From NCBI GenBank assembly GCA_031409775.1, contig JANNXY010000042.1:165-64164 (forward strand): a stretch of DNA of 64,000 bases. The letters run 5' to 3'. Source of the DNA: a bacterium. Lineage in GTDB: Bacteria > Patescibacteriota > Minisyncoccia > Phycocordibacterales > CAIZIN01. Position numbers and translations under genes: made by a program. How positions within the stretch are numbered: the stretch's first letter is position 1; each line of letters opens with the position of its first letter. The notes beneath the pieces are model-generated. The model made no database searches, was not told the DNA's origin, and worked only from the letters and a program-made list of their open reading frames with translations. This document shows positions 9,004 to 19,338 of the stretch, in pieces.

Positions 9004-10362
9004 TTAGTAATTATCTCGCAAGAAGCGAATCATTTCGCGGCTGTCGGCGTAGACGTCTTCAGAATTAAGTAAGATCACGACAATTGGACGTTTCTCACCC
9101 TGGACAGTTTCCTCATAGACTCCTATATATGTTTCCCCTGCTGCTGTGGTCTTGCCTATTTTACCCCCTAGAAAAGTACTATTTAAACCCGGAACGGTGT
9201 TGAAATTCTGCAGATCTGAATACAGAGGATCCCCATAGACACTCGTCGTGACTCGGCCAGCACTCAGGTTGAATACAAATCTGCGATTATTGAGAACGTA
9301 TTTAGCGAGAGCGTATAGATCCTGCGCAGATGATACATTGCCATCACCTCCACCATAGGGGTCGACGAATCTGGTGTCCTTCATATTGATAGCCTGAGCT
9401 TTCTTGTTCATGAGACCCACGAAATAGTTCTTGCCCATACTGTCGGCTATCACATTGGCGGCCTCGTTCGATGACTCCATGAGTAATGGAAATAATAGGT
9501 CATAGACGGTTATAACCTGACCCGACTTGAGCCGAGGTTTAGAAGTGGTCGCCATCGAGTAATCATTTACCGTGAGGTTCTTCTCTATGTGGATATACTC
9601 AGTTGCAACTAGAGCTGTCATTATCTTGGTAATAGAAGCAACAGGGACCTGGTCACTTATACCCTGACTAGCCAGTATCGTATCGTTCTTCAGATCTGCT
9701 AATAAGTATTTCTCTGCTGTGACATGGGGCGTCTGACCGATATATTTAAATGAATCATTCTGCACATCTGACTCGTATACAATTACAGGCATACCGACTT
9801 TGGTTAGGTTGTACACGATCTCTGCATCTGCTGTAGATAGTCGTATACATCCACCAGAATAAGTCGAAGAAACCTCTGTACCATCCTCATAATACGGCCA
9901 TCCATGTATAAAGAAGTTGCCCTGGAATATCATACTCCATGGCTGGTATACATGTCCGATCGAGGATAAGTGATTCTTTTTCTTGGCTTCTATTTTATAA
10001 ATACCTGCAGGGGTTTCCCACCATGAGCCCTCTTTACCTTTGGATTTTATCTCGATTTCTTTGTTCAATTCTCCATCTATATATATGCGAAGTTTCATGG
10101 CTGTGAGGTCTGCTTCTACGAAGCTTTTCTTGTCTACCGTCAGAGAATTCTTGACCCTGCTAAAGTAGTTGATATCCGACATAGCAGCTGTAGAGCCATA
10201 GATAAAATCATTATCGTTCAATTTATCTGGCTCGGGGAAATTGTAGCCTTCTAGCGGGTTCTGGTACAAGAATCCCGCAACACCTATTACGATAATCAAT
10301 ATACCGGTTATGACCCCTCCCCATACTTTCTTATTACTTTTTTTTGAATTATTTGTTTCCAT
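9004..10362 (-). CDS. L,D-transpeptidase (YkuD) fused to D-Ala-D-Ala carboxypeptidase (peptidase S11)
   Basis: ETPAGIY...FIHGW...SGGCIRL (YkuD H..C); ASITK (SxxK), SSN (SxN), KIGKT (KTG-like). Confidence 0.85.
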   Translation of the reverse strand: METNNSKKSNKKVWGGVITGILIIVIGVAGFLYQNPLEGYNFPEPDKLNDNDFIYGSTAAMSDINYFSRVKNSLTVDKKSFVEADLTAMKLRIYIDGELNKEIEIKSKGKEGSWWETPAGIYKIEAKKKNHLSSIGHVYQPWSMIFQGNFFIHGWPYYEDGTEVSSTYSGGCIRLSTADAEIVYNLTKVGMPVIVYESDVQNDSFKYIGQTPHVTAEKYLLADLKNDTILASQGISDQVPVASITKIMTALVATEYIHIEKNLTVNDYSMATTSKPRLKSGQVITVYDLLFPLLMESSNEAANVIADSMGKNYFVGLMNKKAQAINMKDTRFVDPYGGGDGNVSSAQDLYALAKYVLNNRRFVFNLSAGRVTTSVYGDPLYSDLQNFNTVPGLNSTFLGGKIGKTTAAGETYIGVYEETVQGEKRPIVVILLNSEDVYADSREMIRFLRDNY

Positions 10363-10363
10363 A

Positions 10364-11329
10364 CTAGTCTTTTATATATTTAGATTTGTTTATATTGTGT
10401 TCATCGAGTGATTTGGCATAGTACATTTTCCCGTCGTCACCTGTTAGGAAATATAAATAAGGTGTATCGATAGGCGTAACTGTATCCCTGATTGACTCGA
10501 TCCCTGGATTAGATATCGGACTAGGAGGAAGGCCTTTGTATTTATAAGTATTATACGGTGAGTCCAGCTTCAGATCTGCCACAGTGAGCTCCGCACTGGT
10601 TTTATTGTTGATAAACCTAAACGTCGCATCGACCTGTAGTGGCATTCCGATCTCTAGCCTCTTCCACAATATACCCGCTACTATTCTGCGACTTTCTTTG
10701 TCATTGGCCTCTTCTTCTACTATAGAAGCCATAGTGATAATGTCCGAGAGTGGTTTGTTGAATGCACCTATTTCTTGGCTGACTTCCTTTATTCTAGTTT
10801 CGAATGTCGTTGTGAGCTTGTCTATAACAAGCGGTGTAGTGGCGAGTGGCATGAACAAATACGTATCCGGGAACAAGTAACCCTCTTTGTCCTCTGCTTT
10901 CTCTACGAATGCCTCTGCGTCGAACCCGATGAGGTTGTCTGCTAGTATCTCCGACATTTCCCTAGAACTTATTCCTTCTGGAAGAGTAATCTTCCTCGGT
11001 ATGAATCCGTAGATACCCCTACTAATACGTTTGGCAACTCCGTATACACTGAGTGGCTTCTCGAACAAATAACTACCAGCCTGTACATGTGTCTCGCTAC
11101 CTGTGAGTACTATTGCCAAATGCAGCATGGTCGGAGATCTGACTAGGCCCTGGTTCGCGAGGTGCTTGGCAATACTGTACGATCCTCTATCTGCTGGGAT
11201 TTCAACTATTGTATCAGATTCAAATGTAGGCGGTGCGAAGAAATAGTATGAAAAAACACAAATTAAAACTAGCCCTAGGATTCCAGAAATTATGATTTTG
11301 TACTTGTGGGCTTGGAACATCATATACAT
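10364..11329 (-). CDS. mltG: endolytic transglycosylase MltG
   Basis: EGYLFPDTY, MASIVEEE, LQVDAT, SPYNTY..GLPP.PISNPG. Confidence 0.93.
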   Translation of the reverse strand: MYMMFQAHKYKIIISGILGLVLICVFSYYFFAPPTFESDTIVEIPADRGSYSIAKHLANQGLVRSPTMLHLAIVLTGSETHVQAGSYLFEKPLSVYGVAKRISRGIYGFIPRKITLPEGISSREMSEILADNLIGFDAEAFVEKAEDKEGYLFPDTYLFMPLATTPLVIDKLTTTFETRIKEVSQEIGAFNKPLSDIITMASIVEEEANDKESRRIVAGILWKRLEIGMPLQVDATFRFINNKTSAELTVADLKLDSPYNTYKYKGLPPSPISNPGIESIRDTVTPIDTPYLYFLTGDDGKMYYAKSLDEHNINKSKYIKD

Positions 11330-12624
11330 TATACTGGAAGATTACCTGGTGGTTCAGCCTTCTTGGACAGTACGCGGTCAAACGACGGAGTCTGCACCAC
11401 CTGGCCTGGGAAGTGATACACGGTTGCGAGCTCCTCGCTGTTTAGCACCATGTGCTTTTCTTTGTTGGGTTCATAGAAATAATCTCTGGCTCTATATACT
11501 TCAAATAATTCCTGCTTTTTCTTCAACAATTTTTTGCCAAATATATCTTGCCAAGGGTAGTCAAACGATGTTGCGTTCTTTGGCTTGAAGCCATTTAGAT
11601 TGTGCGAGCCGTACTGCTTGAATATACTCGTGAGCCCACCAATGTTCGATGCGTCAAAGAACTCATTCTCTGATATATACATTGCCCGGATCCCTACATC
11701 GTATGCGGGCTTGGATACACTCCTCTCGAGCGCATTGATCACTTCTGACTGACCCTTGCTCACATTGGGGAATACTTTCTGTTCCTTGCCGTCTTTGTCC
11801 TTGATCACTTGCACCGTTTCTTCTTTGATCTTCTTTATCTCCTCGGCTGCAGAATCCTTCCAATTATCTTTCTTCTTCCAGAGCTCTTTCCAGGCGTCAT
11901 TGTAACCTTTCTCTAGCAAAGTCTTCTTAAACTTTCCCCAGCGTAGAGAAAAAGGTATCAAATCCTCATCCTTGTGCCCCCGCACAATAAACTGGATCCA
12001 GACTTGCTGACGCTGTCCTACGCTTCCCAGAAACTCTATCGTAGGTGTAATAGGATCTACTTTGAATTCTTCTTCTAGGAGCTTCTCCTCTCCGATACCG
12101 AAGTCACGGTAAGTCTTTATCGGGAATGCATCCGCTTTGCTAAGCTCGATCTCGCATCCCCATAGACCGTATTCACTAGGATTGTAGTTTATCTTCTTTG
12201 TATAATCTTTGACCTCTGTGACCTCGATACCTGGATACTGTGCATATAGCTGTGTCTCTGTAAATTTCTTCCAACCTGTCCATGTCCAGATGAAGAATCT
12301 AACCTTGCCCTCGATAGATGCAAGCTCGAGTGAGAAGTACGGACGAGTCTTGCCCAAGAAGTTCCTGTCGTACCATGTACCTTCGCCGCCAGTCTGGTTC
12401 AGGTTGAGCAGGAATGCCTCCATAGCGGATGGAGTCTTGGTAACTTCTTTGGGTAATAAGATTTCCAACACTACAGGGTTCTGCTTGTTCCAGAACACGC
12501 GACGCTTGTACGCAACAAATGTTTCGAAAAACTTACCCCACAGAAGAAATGGCAAAGAGACAGTAGCTATAGTTATAGCGTACCTGATTATAGAAGGGAC
12601 ATAATCCACCAATGATTCATTCAT
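11329..12624 (-). CDS. conserved membrane-anchored hypothetical protein resembling the N-terminal region of CPR TraD/TraG-like coupling ATPases (no ATPase domain)
   Basis: LEILLP.E..K.P.AME, FSLELAS, LYAQYP..E..EV.DY, LNSEELATVYHFP pattern (recalled similarity, not searched). Confidence 0.55.
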   Translation of the reverse strand: MNESLVDYVPSIIRYAITIATVSLPFLLWGKFFETFVAYKRRVFWNKQNPVVLEILLPKEVTKTPSAMEAFLLNLNQTGGEGTWYDRNFLGKTRPYFSLELASIEGKVRFFIWTWTGWKKFTETQLYAQYPGIEVTEVKDYTKKINYNPSEYGLWGCEIELSKADAFPIKTYRDFGIGEEKLLEEEFKVDPITPTIEFLGSVGQRQQVWIQFIVRGHKDEDLIPFSLRWGKFKKTLLEKGYNDAWKELWKKKDNWKDSAAEEIKKIKEETVQVIKDKDGKEQKVFPNVSKGQSEVINALERSVSKPAYDVGIRAMYISENEFFDASNIGGLTSIFKQYGSHNLNGFKPKNATSFDYPWQDIFGKKLLKKKQELFEVYRARDYFYEPNKEKHMVLNSEELATVYHFPGQVVQTPSFDRVLSKKAEPPGNLPV

Positions 12625-12633
12625 GTGTATATT

Positions 12634-13668
12634 CTATACTATAGAATAAATATTGTCTTTGTTTTTCTTGAAATGCTTGGGGTTCTGGAGATTTACGAGT
12701 ATTGTATTTTCTTTTACATATCTTTCTTTCATAACCTTGTCGATGATCTGCTCTTTGGTCATTGGGCCGTTTTTAGAAATTACTGACTTGATAACGTCTT
12801 TGACTACACCTGAAATATATCCCCATTCAGCTAGTGCGTATAGACCTCTACCTACGAGAACGAACCTTTTGTCTTTGATAAGCTCATTGTGAGTGGTAGC
12901 AACATGTGCGCGCTTGCCAAATATAGAAGATATCGCCTTGGCTACTTCTCTAAAGTGGATTGGTGAACCGTGTCTTCTGATAATTAGGAATGCATAGTCG
13001 CGCATGCCTTTGAGTCTGATGTTGGGTGAAGTTGCCTTGCCCCATTCACCGAGTGGGTTCTTGCCTATAGTCTTCGACATAGAGAGCCATCGCTTGATCA
13101 TTTCTTCATTCTTATACTCATCTGATAGATCCTTGACATGTTCTAGGAACTGCTTGATAAGCTCGGTCTCTGGGATTATGTCCTCATCATCTAGGTTCTC
13201 GTAGATCTTGCGGAGAGAGAGGTGAATCTTCTTGGACAACTCTTCGTCGATATGCCATCTATGGGTAAACTCATCATCGTCTTTCATTTTCTTGAATTCG
13301 GGAGCGAGAACAAGCATGAAATGAACATGGTTCTGAACTGACTTGTCTTTGCCTACTGAACGTAGTATCTCCTGCTCTGCAACGATACTTCCTAAATCCT
13401 TTATTATCTTTTGTAATTCTTCGAATGGTGCACGCTCTTTCTTGTATACATCAGATTTGCGGATGTTCTGGAGTGCGTATTCTTCGATCTGTCGAACACG
13501 CTCACGGGTGATGCCGTATTTCTTGCCTATTGCTTCTAGGGTGACTTTCTTCTGATCTGTACCTAGTCCATAACGAGCCGTGAGTATATCCCGGGCGCGG
13601 ACTGGTAATGCGCCTAAAAGCTTTTTAACTACCTGCTTTGGTTTGAATTCCATGCGTGTGGTTGTCAT
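12634..13668 (-). CDS. sigma-70 region-4 HTH protein with C-terminal winged-helix (HARE-HTH-like) domains
   Basis: RDILTARYGL...TLEAIGKKYGITRERVRQIE; C-terminal G.PIHFREVA...HNELIKDKRFVLVGRGLYAL.EWG. Confidence 0.75.
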   Translation of the reverse strand: MTTTRMEFKPKQVVKKLLGALPVRARDILTARYGLGTDQKKVTLEAIGKKYGITRERVRQIEEYALQNIRKSDVYKKERAPFEELQKIIKDLGSIVAEQEILRSVGKDKSVQNHVHFMLVLAPEFKKMKDDDEFTHRWHIDEELSKKIHLSLRKIYENLDDEDIIPETELIKQFLEHVKDLSDEYKNEEMIKRWLSMSKTIGKNPLGEWGKATSPNIRLKGMRDYAFLIIRRHGSPIHFREVAKAISSIFGKRAHVATTHNELIKDKRFVLVGRGLYALAEWGYISGVVKDVIKSVISKNGPMTKEQIIDKVMKERYVKENTILVNLQNPKHFKKNKDNIYSIV

Positions 13669-13715
13669 AATTAAACAATTTATAAATAAAGATAGTTAGT
13701 AGATTATCATTATTA

Positions 13716-16559
13716 TCAATTTCCGTCAACTACAATACTGACTAGCCTGCCAGGGACGTATATTTCCTTCTTTATTACCCTCCCGGCGATCCACTTATCC
13801 ACAGCTGGTAGGGCTCTAGTAAGCTCAATAACATCTTTCTGTGTCGCTTCCCTGCTTACTTCTAGTTCAGCCCTAACCTTGCCATTTACCTGTATCGCAA
13901 TCTTTATAGTATCTGAAACAAGCTTGGATGCATCGTATGAGGGCCAGTTTGCCTTGTGGACAGAGGATTTGTGGCCTATCTGGCTCCAGAGCTCTTCGGT
14001 TACATGTGGGGCAAATGGGGCAAGTAGCTGGAGCACGGTCTCGTAGACTTTATTATTTACGCTTTCTTCTTTCTCTAGTCTATTTAAGAGGATCATAAGT
14101 GTAGAGATGGCGGTGTTGAACGACATTTTCTCTATATCTTCGCTTACTTTCTTTATACTTTGATTAAGTAGAATTTCTACGTCAGAGGGAGTTTTAATCT
14201 TCTTGTCCAATTTCTCTGCTAGCTTCCAAACGCGTTCCACGAACCTACGTGAGCCAACTACACTATCTGAACTCCATGCAACAGGTTGGTCAAATGGACC
14301 CATGAACATTTCAAATACACGGAGACTATCTGCTCCATAGATCTTTACCAAGTCATCCGGATTAACAACATTACCCTTTGATTTGGACATTTTTTCTCCG
14401 CCTTCAGCAAGTATTAGCCCGTGGGAGGTTCTCTTAGCGTATGGTTCAATCGTAGGAACTTCTCCGATATCATAGAGAAATTTGTGCCAGAATCGAGAAT
14501 ACAAAAGATGCAGCGTAGTATGCTCCATGCCGCCGTTGTACCAGTCCACTGGGGTCCATTTATCAAGCTTATTCTTGTCAGCGAAAGATTTTTTATTCTT
14601 TGGGTCTATATATCGCAAATAATACCAAGAAGATCCAGCCCAGTTGGGCATTGTATCTGTTTCCCTTTCAGCATCGCCCTTACACTTCGGGCATTGGACG
14701 TTGACCCATTTGGAAATAGTTGATAGCGGGGACTCTCCGTTGTCAGTGGGCTCATAATGCTTTACTTTGGGCAATACGACCGGCAAATCCTTCTCTGGTA
14801 CAGGTACCCAACCACAATCATTACAATTTATCATTGGAATTGGCTCTCCCCAATATCGCTGGCGAGAGAAGACCCAGTCTTTCAATTTATACTTTACGAC
14901 CTTACGGCCGAATTCATTTGTAATTTTTCCTTTTGCTTCATTTGCAGTTAGTCCATCAAACTCGCCTGAGTTGATTACAATTCCATCGCCTGTGTAAGGA
15001 GGGAAATATTCTGAACTCATGCGTTCGAGCCAGAACTTGAGCTCTGAGTTTACCATTTTGCCTACAACGAATTCCTGAGGGGAAACCCACAATATTTCAT
15101 TGGTTTCTTCTTCACCAGCAGCTATTTCAGTTCTATCGTTTCCAATAAGTTCGAAATACGCAGCGGTCGTGATGGCCACTCTGTTTTCATCTTTGTGTTT
15201 AGCAAAGTAAGAAGCTTGCACCGGTCCCCCGAGAGTTTTTATAAATTTCAAATTTGTGTAGCCAGTTTCCTCTATAACTTCGCGGACAGCAGCTTGTTCT
15301 GCGCTTTCATTTTCTTCTATCCCACCTATCACCACGGTATCCCATCCAAATTTACTATTGCGGATAATCAAGTATTTATCTTGGTTCGGATCGTACACTA
15401 TCGCATGTGCATTCTTCCTTACTTTAGAGGACTTGTCTGACCTCGGAGGATTCACATGGTCTACAACCGAAGGCATGATTACGTCTCTTATTTCCAAATC
15501 GTATTTCTTTGCGAATTTAAAGTCACGTTCATCGTGAGCTGGCACTGCCATTACTGCACCTGTTCCATAATTAACCAGAACATAGTCTGCTATCCAAATC
15601 GGAATTTCTTCCCCTGTTGCAGGGTTTATGGCTACTACGCCTTTTACTTCCACCCCAGTCTTTTCCTTGGTAGCATCAGTTCTGTCTATCTCGGTTTTGT
15701 CTTTTGATTTTTTTATATAATCCTCTACTTCCTTTTTATTTTCTATTGGGAGTTCAGCTATCAGCCTGTGTTCTGGTGCTAGCACGATATAGGTTACGCC
15801 ATATAGTGTGTCGGCACGAGTGGTAAATACTGTGATTTTCTCAGAACTGTCCTTGATCTGGAAATCAATCTCCGCACCTTCACTCCTACCAATCCAATTG
15901 CGTTGCTGGATCTTTATCTTTTCAAGGAAATCTACAGTGTCCAAATCTTTGTCCAATCTGTCTGCGTATTTGGTGATAGCAAGCATCCATTGATCCTTGT
16001 CCCTCTTTTCTACTGCAGTTCCACATCGTTCACATTTACCATCTACTACCTCTTCGTTGGCGAGGCCGATTTTATCTTTGGGACACCAATTTATATTCAT
16101 TTTGGATTTGTAAGCCAAACCTTTCTCAAACATCTTTAGAAATATCCACTGTGTCCATTTATAGTATTCGGGATCAGTTGTATTGACCTCTCGTGACCAG
16201 TCAAAGGAAGCTCCTAAGTTTTTAATTTGTTTTCTGAAATTACCTGTATTTTGCTTAGTAACAAACGCGGGCTGTTTACCAGTTTTAATAGCATAGTTTT
16301 CAGTAGGAAGTCCAAATGCATCCCATCCCATGGGATAAAGCACGTTAAACCCTTCTACTCGTCTCTTCCTTGCAATTGCATCCAGGGCAATATATGGCCT
16401 CACATGACCGACATGGAGACCGTCGCCAGACGGAAAAGGAAATTCAACCAGTGCATAGAATTTAGGCTTATCTGTCTTTTCGCTTGTTTTATAAAGCTTC
16501 TTCTCTTCCCACTTCTTCTGCCATTTCTTCTCTATTTTCTTGTGATCATAAGACTTCAT
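13716..16559 (-). CDS. leuS: leucyl-tRNA synthetase with inserted Nudix hydrolase domain
   Basis: FPFPSG.GLHVGH, GWDAFGLP, KMSKSKGN; internal GGIEENESAEQAAVREVIEETGY Nudix box. Confidence 0.97.
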   Translation of the reverse strand: MKSYDHKKIEKKWQKKWEEKKLYKTSEKTDKPKFYALVEFPFPSGDGLHVGHVRPYIALDAIARKRRVEGFNVLYPMGWDAFGLPTENYAIKTGKQPAFVTKQNTGNFRKQIKNLGASFDWSREVNTTDPEYYKWTQWIFLKMFEKGLAYKSKMNINWCPKDKIGLANEEVVDGKCERCGTAVEKRDKDQWMLAITKYADRLDKDLDTVDFLEKIKIQQRNWIGRSEGAEIDFQIKDSSEKITVFTTRADTLYGVTYIVLAPEHRLIAELPIENKKEVEDYIKKSKDKTEIDRTDATKEKTGVEVKGVVAINPATGEEIPIWIADYVLVNYGTGAVMAVPAHDERDFKFAKKYDLEIRDVIMPSVVDHVNPPRSDKSSKVRKNAHAIVYDPNQDKYLIIRNSKFGWDTVVIGGIEENESAEQAAVREVIEETGYTNLKFIKTLGGPVQASYFAKHKDENRVAITTAAYFELIGNDRTEIAAGEEETNEILWVSPQEFVVGKMVNSELKFWLERMSSEYFPPYTGDGIVINSGEFDGLTANEAKGKITNEFGRKVVKYKLKDWVFSRQRYWGEPIPMINCNDCGWVPVPEKDLPVVLPKVKHYEPTDNGESPLSTISKWVNVQCPKCKGDAERETDTMPNWAGSSWYYLRYIDPKNKKSFADKNKLDKWTPVDWYNGGMEHTTLHLLYSRFWHKFLYDIGEVPTIEPYAKRTSHGLILAEGGEKMSKSKGNVVNPDDLVKIYGADSLRVFEMFMGPFDQPVAWSSDSVVGSRRFVERVWKLAEKLDKKIKTPSDVEILLNQSIKKVSEDIEKMSFNTAISTLMILLNRLEKEESVNNKVYETVLQLLAPFAPHVTEELWSQIGHKSSVHKANWPSYDASKLVSDTIKIAIQVNGKVRAELEVSREATQKDVIELTRALPAVDKWIAGRVIKKEIYVPGRLVSIVVDGN

Positions 16560-16578
16560 ATAGTAGTAACATATACTA

Positions 16579-17571
16579 CTATTCCATCGGCTTTGTGTCT
16601 ATCGGATAGCGCTTGGGATCGATAGTACGAGTAAAGCAATTAGCGCCTTCGGTATGCTCGAAGCTCTCGTTCATTGGGAAACCGCCAATACTCGTATCCA
16701 TATCCATCGCAGGATAAGGATAGGTCATTGAACCACCATAGCTTCCACGACCCTTGTTATCGTCCGTAGCTAGGGCGAAATCAGCACAGATTTCAAACGC
16801 TGGCGAGGTCGAGGCTACTTTATTATATCCATATACCTGACCTGATTCTGGATCTAGGAACTGATCTTTTACTTCTGGATATAGTGGATCGATAAGCTCA
16901 TCTAGAGTCTCTGGGACTGCACCTGTGCGCTGATAATGGCTCACAACCTGCCACTGAATGTTCTGCAAATTCTCAATACGAGTCTGATCATCACGAAGCT
17001 TGCGCTGATCCTGTGGCAATCCAACGATAAATAATCCGCCAATTATACTTACGATAACTACCACCGAAGTAACTGTGGTAAAAATTCTTAATAAATTAGG
17101 TTTCGAAAAATATATTTGTCGTAGGTCGCGAACTGTGTACCAAAACACCGCAAATGCCACAATGAAAACTACTGCAAATTTAGAGACAAATCTGCTTGAA
17201 ATCTCGCCAGAAAGGAAAGTGTTGATAAGGCTTATGAGGTCGCCTGCAACCACTACCCCCGCAACAAACAAAGTAAAATAAGAAAGCCATCTGCGTACCG
17301 ACCAATCTCGAAGTGCCTCGTTGCTTTTTAATTCCTTGAACATGAGTTTGGACAGATAGATAAGTATAGGAAATGCAACGACGAGTGTTGACAGCGCGAA
17401 CCTGATCGGAGAATAAAAAGGGTTATAGTCTCCAGCCAGTCTGTCTGGGAATACATAGTCGATCACTCCGAACGCGAACACTAGGAAGCTAGTGACAGAT
17501 GTATACAGGGCAGCGACAATTCCAATCTGCAAGAAGAAATCTTTTGCTTTTGAGTTGTGATTTGTAGACAT
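16579..17571 (-). CDS. DUF5671-like membrane protein with pilin/pseudopilin-like C-terminal domain
   Basis: KDFFL...five TM helices; RDDQTRIENLQNIQ...P.TLDEL...DPESG..Y.Y...FEICADF. Confidence 0.65.
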   Translation of the reverse strand: MSTNHNSKAKDFFLQIGIVAALYTSVTSFLVFAFGVIDYVFPDRLAGDYNPFYSPIRFALSTLVVAFPILIYLSKLMFKELKSNEALRDWSVRRWLSYFTLFVAGVVVAGDLISLINTFLSGEISSRFVSKFAVVFIVAFAVFWYTVRDLRQIYFSKPNLLRIFTTVTSVVVIVSIIGGLFIVGLPQDQRKLRDDQTRIENLQNIQWQVVSHYQRTGAVPETLDELIDPLYPEVKDQFLDPESGQVYGYNKVASTSPAFEICADFALATDDNKGRGSYGGSMTYPYPAMDMDTSIGGFPMNESFEHTEGANCFTRTIDPKRYPIDTKPME

Positions 17572-17642
17572 GATTCGTGATTAATAACAATAAGTGCTTA
17601 TTATACTATAATTAAAAAACTGCGAACACTATTTGTTCACAG

Positions 17643-17957
17643 TTATGCATACCCGACAGGACCCTCGTACGCGAGTGGTTCAGGTATTACCTGATCTGGT
17701 TCAGGTTCTGGTTCTGCAGGCATGTCGTCAGGAGCTGAACCATTTTTTTTAACCTTTTCCTCTATTGCTGGGACCGTTTTACTTTTTAAACTTATAATCG
17801 CAGGGACAAATAAGATGACAGTGCAATAGGAAGTTGCTGCAAAGAAAAAAAGCATCAAATACAGGTGCTTGTTGCTTTTCTTCCAAATTGAGTAAATTAT
17901 AAACCCTGTGATTATTACTGCGTCAAAGATCAATACCGCATATTGTGTTGTAGACAT
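17643..17957 (-). CDS. orphan membrane protein with Pro/Glu-rich tail
   Basis: ATG 17957 (MSTTQY); two TM segments; hairpin terminator at 17618-17644. Confidence 0.6.
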   Translation of the reverse strand: MSTTQYAVLIFDAVIITGFIIYSIWKKSNKHLYLMLFFFAATSYCTVILFVPAIISLKSKTVPAIEEKVKKNGSAPDDMPAEPEPEPDQVIPEPLAYEGPVGYA

Positions 17958-18016
17958 AGATTTTCTTTCTTCTGCCCTAAACTCTATACTTATTGCACAA
18001 ATTTGCAAGTGTTGTG

Positions 18017-19087
18017 TTAGACCTTGAACTCCATTACATCCCCATCCTTCACAATGTATTCCTTGCCTTCTGTGCGCCAGTTGCCTTTCTTTAGTAATTC
18101 CTCCCAGGATATAACATCAGCTTTGATGAACTTCTCCTCAAAGTCACCATGGATCGCTGCGCCTGCCTGCGGCGCTGTCGAACCGTCTAGTATGGTCCAG
18201 GCACGAGTCTCCTTCTCCCCTGTTGTGAAATATGTTGCGAGGTTCAGTAGCTTGTAACCGGTCTTTATAAGGTCGTCTACTCCATCTGAGCTTGCCCCGA
18301 GTTCTTTGCGGAACATTTCTTTCTCTTCGCCCTGGAAGTCTTTGAGCTCATGCTCAACCCCCGCGTCAACAATCACATAGGTAAAACTATTTTTATTTAA
18401 AAATTCAACAAGCTTCTGAAAACGCTCATCATTGGTTTCGTCGAGGTTTGTCGCACCAGCCTTCTTATTGAGTACATACATAAATGGCTTCATGGTAAGC
18501 AGATGTAAATGCTTCGCTATCACCTTTTCTTCTTTGGTTAGTTTGCATTGGTTGGCGAGTAGTCCCGTCTCTAGTACCACAGCGAGTTTCTCACATACAG
18601 CAAGCTCGGCGATGGCATCCTTCTTGCCAGCCTTTACGTCTTTGCCTAGATTACCTATACGCCTCTTTACCGTTTCTTGGTCAGCCAATATTAATTCCAA
18701 ATTAATAACTTCGATATCAGACAATGGATCGATCTTGTTGTTTACATGGAGTATATTTCCGTCTTCAAATATTCTCACCACTTCGCATATCGCATCCGTC
18801 TCGCGGATATTCGACAGGAATGCATTGCCGAGCCCTTCGCCTGCAGATGCGCCCTTTACAAGCCCTGCGATGTCTACGAATTCGATCGCTGCTGGGATCG
18901 TCTTCTGAGTTTTACTAAACTCCGCGAGCTTGTACAGCCTCTCGTCCGGCACCGCAACCACCCCTACAGACGGGTCAATGGTTGCAAATGGATAATTGGC
19001 AATAAGCACACCCTTATTTGTAAGTGCATTAAACAACGTCGATTTCCCCACATTTGGCAGTCCTACAATTCCTAAAGATAATTTCAT
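18017..19087 (-). CDS. ychF: redox-regulated ATPase YchF
   Basis: GIVGLPNVGKST, ANYPFATI, DIAGLVKGASAGEGLGN, EGKEYIVKDGD. Confidence 0.96.
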   Translation of the reverse strand: MKLSLGIVGLPNVGKSTLFNALTNKGVLIANYPFATIDPSVGVVAVPDERLYKLAEFSKTQKTIPAAIEFVDIAGLVKGASAGEGLGNAFLSNIRETDAICEVVRIFEDGNILHVNNKIDPLSDIEVINLELILADQETVKRRIGNLGKDVKAGKKDAIAELAVCEKLAVVLETGLLANQCKLTKEEKVIAKHLHLLTMKPFMYVLNKKAGATNLDETNDERFQKLVEFLNKNSFTYVIVDAGVEHELKDFQGEEKEMFRKELGASSDGVDDLIKTGYKLLNLATYFTTGEKETRAWTILDGSTAPQAGAAIHGDFEEKFIKADVISWEELLKKGNWRTEGKEYIVKDGDVMEFKV

Positions 19088-19185
19088 AGTTTATTGATAG
19101 TAACACACTGGATAAAATTGGAAAGTGAAATCACAATTTGATCGAGGAGAGTTCTAGCGACAACTCTTCATTAACCGACGAACCA

Positions 19186-19238
19186 TTGACATACTGGTAA
19201 TATATATGCTATAATAGAGACGCTAATAGTTCTTTGAA
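19186..19238 (+). promoter_or_regulatory. sigma70 promoter followed by a boxA-like motif
   Basis: TTGACA (19186)-18 nt-TATAAT (19210) with TG extension; GTTCTTTGAA at 19229-19238. Confidence 0.7.
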
Positions 19239-19338
19239 TAAGTTGGTGAGGGATTTTAGGATAGAACCTATTCTATTATACAATCCCCCACCAACTCCCA
19301 GAAGGAGAAGGTGTACCGGGAAGAAAAACAACGTAGAT

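Noticed and set aside
19148-19180. AGAGTTCTAGCGACAACTCT resembles a preQ1-I riboswitch
   Set aside because: No A-rich 3' tail or pseudoknot partner, it lies upstream of the promoter, and no queuosine gene follows
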